From the NCBI RefSeq assembly GCF_040938485.1, contig NW_027271758.1, positions 248,001-312,000 on the forward strand: a stretch of DNA of 64,000 bases. Reading direction: 5' to 3'. Positions 24,668 through 37,968 of the stretch are shown one piece after another (positions within the stretch are counted from its first letter, which is position 1; every line of letters begins with the position of its first letter). The position numbers and the translations under genes were made by a program. The DNA comes from Diadema antillarum. Its lineage: Eukaryota. Under the pieces are notes generated by a model, which saw only the letters and a program-made list of their open reading frames with translations, searched no databases and was not told where the DNA came from.

Positions 24668-25112
24668 CTAGAGAAGAAAATTGTACAGGAATGAGTCACT
24701 TTGTAGCTCTTCAACAAAATACACCTTGGTGAGATGAAAGGAACACAGTGCTGTTCTTCTCAATGTTGCCCAAAAAATCATAAATAAAGATATATGGACC
24801 AATATTTTTCTGAGGGTTTACTCCATTGCTCTGATAGAAAAGAAGATTGAAAATGCTTTAGAAATCATTGCACTTGACAAGTATCACTGATAACAACTAG
24901 GCACTTTTCAGTTTGCATAATATGCCGTTAGCACATTTCAATCAAGTTTCAACAAAGTTTGATTGAAAAAAAAACACAAAAATATTAAAAAGACAATTAT
25001 TTTTTATCAAACAAATCGCAATGTATGACTTTATTGACTTCATTCAACATCCCAATTCTTCCCTTTGTTTCTCAAAACATAACATCATTTCATCCACTTC
25101 ATCTCTGATTCA

Positions 25113-25499
25113 CTAGGGATTGTACAGTTTTGGTTGAGGCCTAACTTCAGGTTTCTAACATTTTTGGGTGAGATAATGAGAAACCTCTAAGGAAATATGA
25201 AAGAGCATTAATTCCAAGTGAAAATCAATATTTATTTGATGAAAATTGGTTTTGAAATGGCTGAGGCACCCAAAACAGAGCAATCCTTATAAAAGGAGGG
25301 ACCCATGTTTTATTACGATCACTTTGTTTTACTTTGTTTTTGGATATCTCAGCCATTCCAAAACCAATTTTTATCAAATAAACTTTGAATTCCTCTTAGA
25401 GTGGTATGCTCTGCACTATTTCACAAGTGTTTTCTTGATATCTCAGTAAAAGTTAAAAGCCCAATCCTCATCTCCGCCAATACTGTACCATCCCTTTAA
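25113..25499 (+). mobile_element. Same TTAA MITE family, diverged copy C
   Basis: gggattgtacagttttggttgagg...aatactgtaccatccctttaa; same internal palindrome. Confidence 0.8.
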
Positions 25500-25537
25500 A
25501 GCAGAAATGCCATAGTCACTCCGCCCCTACCCCATAC

Positions 25538-25779
25538 CTGTGTCAGACACCTCCTGGCTTTGTCCCACTCGCTGCGCAGGGCGTGGGTGGTGGCCAGGTT
25601 GAAGAACATCTGGGCGCGAGCCACCTGGATGGAGGCTGGGTAGTACTGGTGGATCACCTTGCGGGGCTCTCCCCCGTCCCCCAGGTCTCCCGCACTGTTG
25701 TTGTTCTGGGCCCCTCCCTGGCCACCGGGCGCCTCGTGACTGTTGGCCTTGTCGTTGCGGTCCCTCTCCTTGTTCTCGC
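25538..25779 (-). CDS. CNOT10: CNOT10 coding exon 12
   Basis: ...YYPASIQVARAQMFFNLATTHALRSEWDKARRCLTQ vs human [35 protein letters not shown]; 242 nt. Confidence 0.95.
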
Positions 25780-26127
25780 CTGGCAAAGGTCACGAATATC
25801 AAGTTGGCATATACAGCATCATGTCAAAGGAATAATTTGGTAGAGAAAATCCAGCTGAAGTGTAGACATTTATGAATTACTTGTAGTTTCTTGATCTTGC
25901 TAGAAGCATATATTTGCAAGCTTTGTTTGTTTTATCGAAGGCAATACCTTGGCGAATTGTTAACTTTGTGAGCATCAGTCACAAAATCTATTCAAAATCA
26001 AACCACTGCCAAATATGTGGCATAAACAGCACTATGTAGACTTTGTACAGTGTTTATGCCTTTGTAGTTTTTATCTGCTGACTTGCAAAAAAAAAAAAAA
26101 AATAGTTTGTGGAACATCTTTAATTAC

Positions 26128-26255
26128 CGAATTCAGGTGTTGGAGTGATGAGAACAGAGACATCACAGACAGTCTCTGGGTTCAGGAGCTGGATGGCTTC
26201 ACCAATCTGATCCCGCTTCAGGAGGGCTTCGGCAGCATACATTCGGGCCAAGAAC
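26128..26255 (-). CDS. CNOT10: CNOT10 coding exon 11
   Basis: FLARMYAAEALLKRDQIGEAIQLLNPETVCDVS vs human [33 protein letters not shown]; 128 nt. Confidence 0.95.
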
Positions 26256-26296
26256 CTGCCAGGAAAACAAAAACACACAAAATCAAGATATGGAAT

Positions 26297-26521
26297 TACT
26301 GTTTTCTGAATATGCCATATATTTCGTGAGTTTAAATTTTCGCGAATCCGGAATTCCTGACGATTTTGCGAGTGGTTAAATTCGCGATCGTGGAGTCCTG
26401 TACTGAACGGAGAAATGTACATGCATATGTCACATCAATATCGGGATCAGAGTCAATATTTTCATGTGTCTTTAATTTCATGAATAGCACCTGACTCGCG
26501 AAATATTCGGCATATACAGTA
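26297..26521. mobile_element. Tc1/pogo-type TA MITE; related copies at 30512-30709 and 44128-44334
   Basis: tactgt...tacagta termini with shared aaattttcgcg / cgcgaaa subterminal motifs. Confidence 0.7.
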
Positions 26522-27074
26522 TTCAGTTTATACTACTATGGGAAGAATGAAATCACAAAGAGTTATGAAATTAGATAACGGAGCAACAACAAACACCAAC
26601 TGGTTACAAAATCAAATTGAAGAAAACTGGACAGAAAATTGGGTGAAAGTTATGACAAGTCAAAAGACACCAATTTGTCAATCTAACCTTGGCATTTCTT
26701 TGTTCAAATGTACCTACATTCTATCCGGCCCTTTACCAACTGATAATAAAAGGTTTTTCCCTGGACTATCCAGAAAGTTATCTTCATTTGTCTATTTCTT
26801 TTAACAATTTAACCTTACAACAAGTTTAGTAGATGTACTGGCCCTCCTTACACTAACATAATTACCACAGAACATACATCTCATATCTGTCTCTGGTCAA
26901 TCATTAATACTGTCAAGAACCAAACACTAAGAAAGTCTAACTGACATAGATTTTTCAGGTCTACATAACTACTCTTCATATCTCTAGAGTTTTTGGGGAA
27001 AATCTATTACTGGTTCCACATATTTGTGTCTTGTGAAAAACTTCCCCCTTTCATATGAAATGAAGGAAGCTTAC

Positions 27075-27263
27075 TGCAGCGAGCCAGAAAGCTTCGGCTG
27101 AGCCAGCAGAGTCCGGGCATGGTCCAGGGCCCTGGCGTCGTCCCCTAGACTGAGGGACACATACGCGCTGGCCGCGTACACCGAACATCGCAGGTTGGCC
27201 ACCTCAGGAGGTTTGAGTGAGGGGCCTGGAGGCGCAGGGATGGTCTGGGGCCCGGTTTGCTTG
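27075..27263 (-). CDS. CNOT10: CNOT10 coding exon 10
   Basis: [55 protein letters not shown] vs human [55 protein letters not shown]; 189 nt. Confidence 0.95.
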
Positions 27264-28195
27264 CTGGGAGAGAAGCGCACGAGAGGACAAGTGAATGTCA
27301 GGTACATCAAACATATCTCAACACATCAGACAATAAATCAATCCTAAATCATTTCCAGCTTTATGGATATACAACAGGGAAGTGTGACCAGTATGCCTTT
27401 AAATTGCATTCTTTTTATCTAATGAATTGAAATATTCATAAGCACTGAACATATTTTTTTTTCATTACCAAATATTTGAGCACACCAGTGTATTGTAGAC
27501 ATAGTCCTATAATTTGCAAGTTAGTGATTGATCGTTTAGGACCTAGGAGCAGGGGGATCCATGGAGGGGTAAGGCTGGCCTGGTTTTGATATAATCGACA
27601 ATCCCTGTAAAAGATTGTGTACAGCTTCTTTGCTTATCTCTATGTAAGTGTGCACACAGCCGAAGAATCTCGACAGGAGTCGACTATTACCAATGAGCGT
27701 ACGCATCAATGCAAGTATTCGCTGGCCAGTGCTATTCATGGTTTTTTAATGTACATCAGTGGTCAGCGAAGGAATTGGACCACTCATCAATATCCACGCT
27801 ACCAGGTCTTCAATGTAAAATTTATATGGTTTGCCAATCTGACGCACATGTTGACCATCAGCAATAAATATGAAAATTCCTCGTCACAGCTTTTCATTTC
27901 ATTATTAAAGCTTAATTCTACTGATGCAAGTTCCTTGAATTATCTTATGAAACATAGAGCTGTAGTCTAAGAACTGTGAGAACTTGGTTAATTATACCAG
28001 CAACGACATGTTATATCTGGGCCCCGTTTTATCAAAAGATATAATTGATTATAAATTTCCTCGACACACAGACGTTCACTCATGATTGCTTTCCCCCAGT
28101 TTGCATATTCCTGTAGCCTGCTCACTGTCATCCTGTCCTAAATCACTGAAAACTAGATATTTTCATTTATCATGCAGAGTGACCGAGTGTCTCAC

Positions 28196-28366
28196 TTTGC
28201 TGAGTCGGGTGTGTCTGACGTCTCGCTGCTGAGGCTGGTCCTGGAGGAAACGGGCGTGGTTGGAAGACTTCCGCTCTTCTCTGGTAGGAGGGAGAGGGCG
28301 TTGCTCAGGCACAGAGAGGCAAACTCCAATGATGCCACAGGCATAGCACCAGGCTGGACATCAGAG
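28196..28366 (-). CDS. CNOT10: CNOT10 coding exon 9
   Basis: AMPVASLEFASLCLSNALSLLPE vs human [23 protein letters not shown]; 171 nt, phase 2 to 2. Confidence 0.95.
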
Positions 28367-29104
28367 CTAAAACAGATTTTTGGGTTTTTTAGTTAATCTC
28401 TTATGGTGAATAACGACGAAAAGTTGGTATGCTTCTAATATTTGGGTTTTTCGGGCTTGTTTCTGTTTTGTCTTGTTTACCCTGTTTCATTTTGCTTTGC
28501 CTTGCTTGTTGTTGTTGTTTTTTCATTCACACAAGAAAACAAAATTCTTATATTGACAATGTGAACTGCCTTGTACATCTTTATGTGTCATTCTACAGAA
28601 ATTTTTTTTTTTTTCCCCCAAATGGTACGAATTCAGGGATAAAATCTTTCACATACTGCTGGTATTATTCTGGTTTTTGTTTCATGTTTGTAATGTTTAT
28701 GATATGTACCCCATATTCTTTACCTGGTCGAATAAATAATAATAATAATAGTAACATCATAACATTTTTTCAAAATCTTATTTTTCACTTTGACCAGCTG
28801 CCTGATATCCTGCAGTAAAGTCACTAGTTTCAGCTAATAGAAGAGTGACACATAGTCTTTTCCAAGACCTGAAGGACACTTTCTCAAATCTGCACCAATT
28901 ATTTAGAATACTTGCAAAGGAAAGAACATGCTGAAATTAAGCATAACATATAAGCATGTATGGCAACATTTCTAAAAAAATTTAAAAGCCATTTGTGCGA
29001 GAAGCTTGCTACTTTCAGGAGAAAAAATACAAAAAAGTAATTCTTGGTCTTTGTATGCATCCCGTGTGATTAAAGACTGCGTTGGAAACCTGACGAGCTT
29101 ATAC

Positions 29105-29229
29105 CTGTTCGCGGCGTCTCCTGTCCCGGGGGACAAGATGAACTTGCGGTGAGACCCGATCCCGATGGTGCTGTGGACGATGCTCTGCCGGTTGGAACCA
29201 GGTGGGCCTGTGCTGTCAGCATCAGCATT
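29105..29229 (-). CDS. CNOT10: CNOT10 coding exon 8
   Basis: RQSIVHSTIGIGSHRKFILSP vs human [20 protein letters not shown]; 125 nt. Confidence 0.92.
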
Positions 29230-29649
29230 CTACACACATAGAATAGTGAAATGAAAGCAACATATACGTGTAGGTTACTGGTCAGTTAGCTAATACTAAC
29301 AATCAACAGAATGAAACATCCCATTCTATCTTTATTTAAAAAAAAACATACTACATACTACATAAATGGTGATAGAGATAATCGTAAGATGATTCAATCA
29401 AAATTGTAATCTTATCCTGTAAACTAGTCAATCTTGTGGCTGTAAGAAGAGCTGAAATACCAGCTGGATTGATATTGTAATGCAGGTCTTTGATTTGGTG
29501 CTGTAAAACCCAACCAGAGTAACACAAAAGCATGTCACATATTGCAAAAGGATGCCTGCATGGCATGCGAGCTGCTTATGTTGGAAGAGAAGTAGATAAG
29601 ATCCAAACATTACAGCCATTAGCAAAGCACTGATCAAGATTGTGATTAT

Positions 29650-29955
29650 CAGAGACTCCAACCCGAAGCACCTTCTGATCTGGAGATTCTCCCGCCTGAA
29701 ACCCCTAGCAAACGGGAGACTCCAAGTTAATGTGTGCGAAGCGCGAAGTTCCTAGGGCTATAGATGCTCTCTGGTGCTATCTAAGGCTTATTTTTGCAAC
29801 ATACGATAGCAATAAAAAGTAAGAAATCCTCTCCAACGGGAGACATTGAGCCAGGGCGGGAGAAATAAAATCTCAAACGGGAGAACGGGAGATTTTGCAA
29901 AAATGGGTTTTCGGCGGGAGATCTCCCGTTGAAAACGGGAGAGTTGGAGTCTCTG
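29650..29955 (+). mobile_element. hAT-like MITE, copy 1, 6-bp TSD
   Basis: TIR CAGAGACTCCAAC / GTTGGAGTCTCTG; flanks gattat|...|gattat. Confidence 0.85.
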
Positions 29956-30097
29956 GATTATTTCACAATCGCATTTCAGTGGAAATCAAGACTTGACTTA
30001 CTCATCATTTAATTATGCATAATCAATGATGTCACATCATAACAGTCCAGAATGATTGGTTCTGTTGTCAATTATTTCTTTTTTTCTTTTAACCCAC

Positions 30098-30288
30098 CGG
30101 TTTCTTATTGGCAGATATGCAGCATTCTGCGAGTCGTAGCCACAGCCTAGGGTTGGTGGGGAAAACCTGGACCGCCTCCACGAGGCAGTCGAACGCAGGT
30201 AGAGGGCGCCCAGCATGTAGCAATACGATGCCCGTGTTGTAGAGGAGTTCGTGGTGATGGTTTATGCCCAGGGTTTGGATGGCACGAT
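30098..30288 (-). CDS. CNOT10: CNOT10 coding exon 7
   Basis: [49 protein letters not shown] vs human [49 protein letters not shown]; 191 nt. Confidence 0.96.
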
Positions 30289-31158
30289 CTGAAACAGAGA
30301 CAGCAGAAAAGTAAATGGGAGGCTGTTGCTGTCCTCAGCCTTTTCCCTGTTTGCATTGCAAGAGTATTACTATTCATGGCTTAAATCTTTGAATTGTGAT
30401 CCAAAGGCCTTCTCCTCCCCTCACGATAACCACGAGTCCTTCATATAAACATATTATTAAATGTCAACTGACAAGCCATTCCTAAACAATAATCAAGTTG
30501 ACTCAACTAAATACTGTTAAAGTCGAAATTTTTGGGCATTACACGCAGACAGAAGCTGGGGTAAAAATAAAACGCACGCAAATATTTTTGCATGGCATAT
30601 GATCCAGTAATTGATGTCCCGATTCTGCGGAATTAAAAACAATGCAAAATTCATCTTACATGGCCGAGTGCGAAATATTACTCATGCGAAAATATCCACT
30701 TTTACAGTAGAGTAAAAAGTGACAAACACAATGGTAGAACTTTGATCAACGTAGGACATAGATTGAAAGAGATCTTTATGATATTTTTGTGTGCAAACCA
30801 ATGAGAGAGATGTAAGATGATGACATCACCATCCTCTTCAAATTTGCATAGTGTAAGACCACTGAACTTTGGGTATGAAACTTTTAAGGATTGCAGCTGA
30901 TGGCCTTCATTGCGGCATGAAACTTTCACAAATCACCACTGGCATTCAACACACTGCATATACAAACACTTGTGTGAATCTTGGCTCCTCGTGAAACATG
31001 TTACAGTACACGGTTACCACTAAAATCACTGTTCTGTAAAAATATTAAAATTCCGTAACCATCTTATTCACAGTCCATCGTGGAATGAACGTTTACCATT
31101 CTTCATGCTTGATTTTGACAATACTCTCATATAGAAAAAAAAAAATTGTGACTCGTAC

Positions 31159-31411
31159 TAGCTCTTTTGGGCAGCTCTTTGACTGCCTTGGCATTCTCTT
31201 GGAGCGCACGACGGGCATAATGCGCCCCCAGGTGGTACTTGTGCATGGCGTAGTGGACGCAGGTCAGGTTGTTGAAGTACATGACCAAGATGCACTGGCC
31301 TGTCTGCCGGTGGTCCAGCCCCTCGGGGGAGCTGTTCAACAGCTTGATGGCCTTCCGATTGTTCTGCCGCTCAAACTCAAAGTTGGCCTTCAGGAAGAGG
31401 GTGATTGGGGA
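31159..31411 (-). CDS. CNOT10: CNOT10 coding exon 6
   Basis: LFLKANFEFERQNNRKAIKLLNSS...YFNNLTCVHYAMHKYHLGAHYARRALQEN vs human [24 protein letters not shown]...FWNNLGCIHFAMSKHNLG; 253 nt. Confidence 0.96.
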
Positions 31412-32257
31412 CTGCAAAATTGGAAGGAAACGGTCAAGCTCGTACAAAATTTCCTTGAAACATAATTTAGCATGATTCCCATACAAGTTATACTCTCCAG
31501 TTGAAAATAGCTGTGAAAAAGAAACACTCACACACAGCTATTGTGTTACACAATTTTCTACAATCACAAAAAATCTGAATGATGGAACAAAATGATGCAC
31601 AAATCATTGTGCAAAAGATCATTTCACTATGGTATCACCTTTTACTCACAATCATAATTAACTATAGCACTTTAGATGTTCATTCTACTATTGTCTCAAA
31701 AATGCAATCAGCCTTTCCCATTTTGCACACAAATAAATGTGGACTGTTTCACCTAGCATTGGTGTTCCATGAAATTCCTTTTTTGATTTTCAAAGCACCT
31801 TCGCTGTCTTCAAATGTGACCCTGCACCTCAAAACAAACAAAAAGTCGCCAGACATGAATTTTTAGTTAAGACCATATTCTTAAAGAACAGACTTTAAGC
31901 TTTAAAATGATGTATAACTCAAATCAAATGGACTCTTCTAACCTATCTAAATATTGGAAAGAAAGCACAAACTCAGGAAAAGTGTGAACTGAATAAAGAG
32001 GCTCTGAAGTACAGTGTCTATTCAAGCGCTTAATCTTTACCAAACCGTCCTGGCTGTGCGATGAATGGGACAAAAAAACAGGAAGTAAACCACCAGAGTA
32101 ACAACAATGAAGGGATTATCAGATTAAACTGAAATTAGGCATGCCTCATTAACACATTCTGTCCATAATTAATGCCAACTTTCAAAGCAGTAGCAGTATC
32201 CTTTCAAAAGTTATTAGAGTTGAAAGTGAAGAGTATGGACAAGGTTTTTCAGAAATG

Positions 32258-33432
32258 AACTAGAAATGTCGCTATGGCGACTGGTATGCCTCCGCCATAA
32301 TGCATGATTCTCCTAATAGGTCTAGATATTACATGTGGACAATGTGTGATTAAATTTACACAAAACTGGCAAAATATTGAAATGACAAGTTTGTCACAAA
32401 TGTGTTGAATGTTCACCTTCCTTGACCTTGGTTTAATTGGATGAACAGGAGAGCATGTATTTGGGGATTTAAGGACTTTAACTTGACTTTGACCCATTCA
32501 TACATTTATGCATAGAGTAATTTTCATGGTACCGGTAGGAGAAAAAGTGCAATTCTGTACTGAATAGTAAATTGTTACCATGTTCATCTGGCCTTTGACC
32601 CTAAAATTCATAAGATAATCACTTTCAGGTAGAACATGCATAAATATGCAGTAAGTTTCACGATAAATTGAGCCACTTCCGAGATATGGAGGAAAAAGTT
32701 AGTTCAGCACTTTCACTTGATCTTTGACCTTTTGACCTTTGAGGCAAAAAAAAAGAAAAAAAAAACTCTCCAGAGAATTTCTATTAGGTTACACATGCAT
32801 ACACCAAGTGTAAAAAAAAAAAATAATCCTGCTGGCATTGCATGAACATGAGGGAAATAGTAACATTTTGAAGTGTTGCACTTGACCTTTGACCCCTGAC
32901 CTTTGACCCCACGAACCCTACATTCTCTAGATAATCACTGCCAGTCAGTACATGTATATACTATGTTCCATGAAGATACCTTGAACAATTTTCCAATTTA
33001 CAGAGAAAAAAAAGAAGTTTTAATACTTTTACTCGACCTTTTGACCTTTGACCTTTGACCTCACGACCCAAACTTTCAGCAGAGAATCTAAATTGGGTAA
33101 TACATGTATGCACCAAGTTTCAAGAAAATATCTTCAGGCATTGCATAGATATGGTGGAAATAGTGAAATTTTATGTATTTGACCTTGACCTTTGACCTTT
33201 GACCTTGAGCACGTGCACCCAAAAGTTGATAGGCACAACTTCACCCCCTAATACACATACATGCCAAGTTTCATTAGGATACCTCAACAGCTTTTTATAG
33301 TTACCTTGTCCACAAAATTCATTACGGACGGACGGAAAGACGGACGGACGGACGGACGGACGGACGGACGGACGGACGGACAACCCGAAAACATAATGCC
33401 TCCGGCACCACTTCGTGGCGGAGGCATAAAAA
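32258..33432 (+). mobile_element. Helentron-associated non-autonomous element (HINE / Tsp-pearl-like)
   Basis: 5' aactag...tatgcctccgcca sub-TIR (32285-32297), core of gacctttgacc repeats, (GGAC)n at 33325-33381, 3' stem-loop atgcctccg...cggaggcat containing the complementary sub-TIR. Confidence 0.75.
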
Positions 33433-34069
33433 GGGATTCTAAAGACACACCTAATCACACTGTTCTACCAAAAATGTTCGAGATAAACTGCTAAAAAAAC
33501 ACACTTTCTTGCGCGTTTCATGATACCAAATTTTAGCATAATGTAAAAGAAGACCCGCTCTTTCAGAAAATATGAAAAAGTCAAGTTCGGCTAGGTTGAC
33601 CCATTCCACTTATTTTCAGTCCTCACGCAAAATCAGCGTGTGCGACTTTATGTTCGTTTTGAGGTGCACGGTCACAAATGGTCAATAAAAAAAGTCTGGA
33701 TTGCTTTTTGGGTATCTATGCGCAGACCAAAATCAAAGAACTGGATTATGCTCACTGCATAACTTGTCACTTGACATTAATGAGCTTCATTTGTTTGTTT
33801 TTTGCATGATATATAAATATGTCTGTGTATATCTCTTTCTTTATTACTGACCACAGGCATGACCATACTTTCATTTTTGCTTCTTGTGTATTATTCAAAT
33901 GCATGTCCAATTTCAATCATTACTTTGCATACTTGGTTGACAAAAATGAAAATAAAATTTGAATTGAAATTAAAAATTGAATTGAAACCCTTCAATGTGT
34001 TCCATTTTAATGCAGATGATATGAAAAAAAAATGAAAAGTCCCTATGATAAATCTGTACAAATACTCAC

Positions 34070-34162
34070 CGCTCCATTCGAGTTCATGACAGACTTCACT
34101 GATTTGATTTCCCTCTTACATAGCTTCAAAGATTTCAGCTGCAAGTAGCACCTTGTTTTGAA
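34070..34162 (-). CDS. CNOT10: CNOT10 coding exon 5
   Basis: [31 protein letters not shown] vs human [27 protein letters not shown]; 93 nt. Confidence 0.95.
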
Positions 34163-35831
34163 CTGCAAGTAAAGGATAATAATAATTACTGAAAAGCACT
34201 TGTATAGCACAAACACAAAGTGTTGATGTCCCTATGAGCTCATGTAAATTGCACACATACAAAGATGCTTGAAGTAATCTTTTTCATATTTCCTTTTGTC
34301 AGCCACTGCTTTCACACTTTGTTGTGATAACACATCAGTTGTGGAATATCAAAATTGTAAAATATTACCCCAAAAGGTACGGCGGAAGAATTGCAATCTC
34401 AGAGCATACCCAAGTGTGGTGGCTATGTAATTTTTTATAATTGATTACATCAATTACATAACTATATTGGGCCACAGCAATATGCATTGCGGAAGAGTGA
34501 ATCCTGTGCAGCGAGTTAGTTGCATGCTATTCAATACCACTACTAGGGCAAGATTCGATCATCACATACTTCAGGAATAAAAGTCCTGTACTGTTATTGA
34601 AATTACTTCACTCTTGATCTCAAATTACCCTCAAAACAAATGATTGTCCTGGCAAATCGCGTCAGCCAGACAAGTTTCATAGTAGACCATTTCAATATAT
34701 TGCAACCAAAGTCCAAATGGTGGAAGCTGAATTTTGCGCTCTTCTGAGAACTAACACCCTCTTCACCAATGTTTCTGTTGGTTAAGATCTGGCAAGAGAC
34801 TGCAATCTGCAAAATGCAAGACAAACCGATATCTGAATTCTTTCATTCCATTTGCAATTAGACTTTTCAATAGTACTCGTTAACCCATTAGTAGTTGAAT
34901 TATCTGAGGCTGCCCATGAGGTTGCTCACTGGGCCACCCGAGGCCGACAGCCCAAGTTCTGATAATTTTTGTGTTTAATTGTTTTCATTGTTTTCCACAC
35001 AGATTCTTAACAGTATATACCTGTTAACTCATTATTAGTTGAATTATTAGAGGAAGCCGTTGGGTTGCTCCCTGGGCCATCTGAGGCCGCCCGCTTTTTG
35101 ATGATTTTGTGTTTAACCGTTTCCATTGTTTCTACGTGGAATATTGTGATTGAGTAATTTGAGGAAGGTTACGGGTCAGCAGGGATGTGTCGAAATTGTT
35201 TTTGTGATGAGTAAGTTGTTTGGTAGAATCATGGGCTTTTAAATGGATGTAATGTGATAGGGGTAAATGTATGGTGATTTTTGTATGTATGGGTTGGAAA
35301 GTTGTTGGGAGGAGGGGGGCATTGTAAAACAATAAAGTAGTTTTGAAGATGTTATGTTATTATTACCATTACTATCATCATCACCCTCAACTTTTTTTTT
35401 TTTTTCCTTTTCTTATTTTAGTCATTTGCTGTGTTGTATTTTAGTGCGAGTTGGTTTTGGTTCCAGTCTATTACGGGCTGATGGGGGGTTGATATTGGGA
35501 CGTAACAAGAGAGAAGGTTTTTGAAGTTTTTAGCATCATGCCAATGGAGTCCGTTTTTATGCAACGTTTTTATACGATTGTTCTTTTCAGTTTGATTTTG
35601 CATACATGCCCGGTTATTTATTTATTTGTCAAGTGCTATTCCGTGTTGTTCTTTTTTATGTATATATTGTATTTGTTATGCTTTGTCATTTATATGTGAA
35701 AATCCCGCGATGAGTTTCCTGTAATACTTTTTATTGGACGAATAAAGATGAATTGAATTGAATTTTACCTTTAATTCCCCTCTATCACAATTATCACAGC
35801 CATTGGGAGAGAGGCTTGAAGGGTTCATTAC

Positions 35832-35900
35832 CTGGTGTACTCTGGCCTTCACCTTTTCTGTATCTACTGGCCGCCGGTCATCATCCTTGTTGTCCTTTCC
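35832..35900 (-). CDS. CNOT10: CNOT10 coding exon 4
   Basis: GKDNKDDDRRPVDTEKVKARVHQ (human ..AAKSKIHQ); ttcAG / GTAATG; 69 nt, phase 0 to 0. Confidence 0.9.
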
Positions 35901-36453
35901 CTGAAATGTGATCAAAATATCAAAACATTAACTCATGATGTCCACAACAGTCATGACCTATCAGTCATTGAAAATATATGACGAAAGAATGGTGCAGAAA
36001 GGGCAGCTCTACCACTTGTAAGTTCCAGCCCAGCTATATTATCTGTGAATTATAGTTTCAATACACCACAACTCAAGACAAATAATACAATTTCTGTTTT
36101 TCTGTTGCCACAAAGTAAAACTCATACACACATACACAAAAATCACACATATAAATCCAGAGGTTTTAAAAAAATAGGTATGCGAGTATATACTCAAAGC
36201 CACAAACAGTCCCATACATTTAATACTCTATTTCATACTCTTTTCTCCTTTAGAGTAAGATATCTTGGAATAATACATGTTTATCATTGGGTATTGGGGT
36301 CCTTATCACACAGCAAAGCATCTGTATTTCCCTTCCAAAGTCAGCAGCTGATTAGACCAGCCATAAACTGTACTCTAGCAAGTGACATGTGACAAGTGAC
36401 TGTTAATCAATAATTTTTTTCATTTCATTCATTCATTTTTCATTCATTCATTT

Positions 36454-37924
36454 TAGTCAAGGCGCTAATTCCTGTAAGAGGCTTAATTAAGGAGTTCGTT
36501 CAACCCACCCCGCAGAAAAGGTTTGACCAGACAAGGTGGTAGATGGGACCTCTATGAACATCCCCAGGTAGTATGTGGTTCCAAATTGTGGTGTCAGTAG
36601 AATTTTACTGGCCACTTTTCATCATGATTTGTTGGAACAAACGTAAAAGAGTCTGCGCACGCCAAGACTATTACACGCACAACTAGCACTGCTACAGGCG
36701 CCAGTGCCAGTGCTGCGTGTAATAGTCTTAGCGCCCATATACTTTTTCTTCTATAAACAAGGGTTTTGCCTGCAAACTACCTTTTCACGCGAAGCTGGGT
36801 TCGGTGTAGTGTAGTTTCTAGCTGTTTTTATTTCGTCTTTATTTCAAGAGTTCAAGCAAGCCAAGTGAGAGCGCATACCCGGTGATTGTGACGACCGAAT
36901 CGTAATCACTGGGTGTGTGCTCTCACTCAACTTAGCGCAATATATACAGCAAGCTTCTGCATAATACACAAGATGCAAATCAGAGAAATAAAGACGAAAA
37001 AACGACTAGAAATTAAGACTAGGGTCGGTAAACGCTTGTCGCAATTTCGGGGGCACTGAAAACGACAAACTCACACAGTTTTTGCATTTATTTCATGAAG
37101 AATTCATCAAAACTGCATAAGGCTATATATGTACATGTTGCTAGAGATGTCATCCATACAGTGGGATTCATTGTAAGTTATAATATTGTGCATGGTTACC
37201 ATGGTAACCGGATGCCTAAAGGTGACTGGTAACCCCCAAAATGCCTCCGGCTGCTGCAAACATTGCTTTTTTTTATCTTATAGATGCAATAAAAAGAAAC
37301 ACACACTTTTTTTTATTGATTTTCATTAAAAAGTTTTCCCTGTTGCCATGGCAACCAGTATTATCCAATCAGAATTTAGTTGTCAATAACTCAAAAACTA
37401 AAGCCCATAATTTCAAAAAGCTCAATAAGCATGTCCGTCCTTCTGCATGAAGTGTACGACATAATATGTGAAGAATATTTTGAAGCATTCTCAAGTTACA
37501 GCAAAATTTGTAAGCAAAGGCATGATAAACGGCCATTGAAAGAAAAATATCATTTTCGAATAGTAAAATGCATGAAAAAGTTGCATCCGTCGTACTTTCA
37601 ACACAAATTTGACTTCAAAGCATAGGCAAATGTATATAGTTTTTAATAATGTATGGACACAAATTTCCCTTAAAAATAAGATGAATACAGAAAGCAAAGC
37701 CAATATTCTATAGTAGCTCTTTCGAGTATTTACAGAGCGATGGTTATTCAAAACAATCCTGGAAAAGAGCAGAGGAAAGCAATTGATTGTTTATTATGTT
37801 CTTAAAGGAAGTTTATTCAAGAATACCGATAAATTCCTTTCTAAAGAAGGAATATACACGTGCGCTGGATTATCCATCAAAGAATTAATTGTACTTTTGT
37901 GTTCGTTAGCTGTTGTAAAAAAAA

Positions 37925-37968
<44 letters not shown>

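Noticed and set aside
35132-35603. Minus-strand ORFs that might be Tx1/L1 retrotransposon remnants
   Set aside because: Only compositional resemblance; no diagnostic motif.
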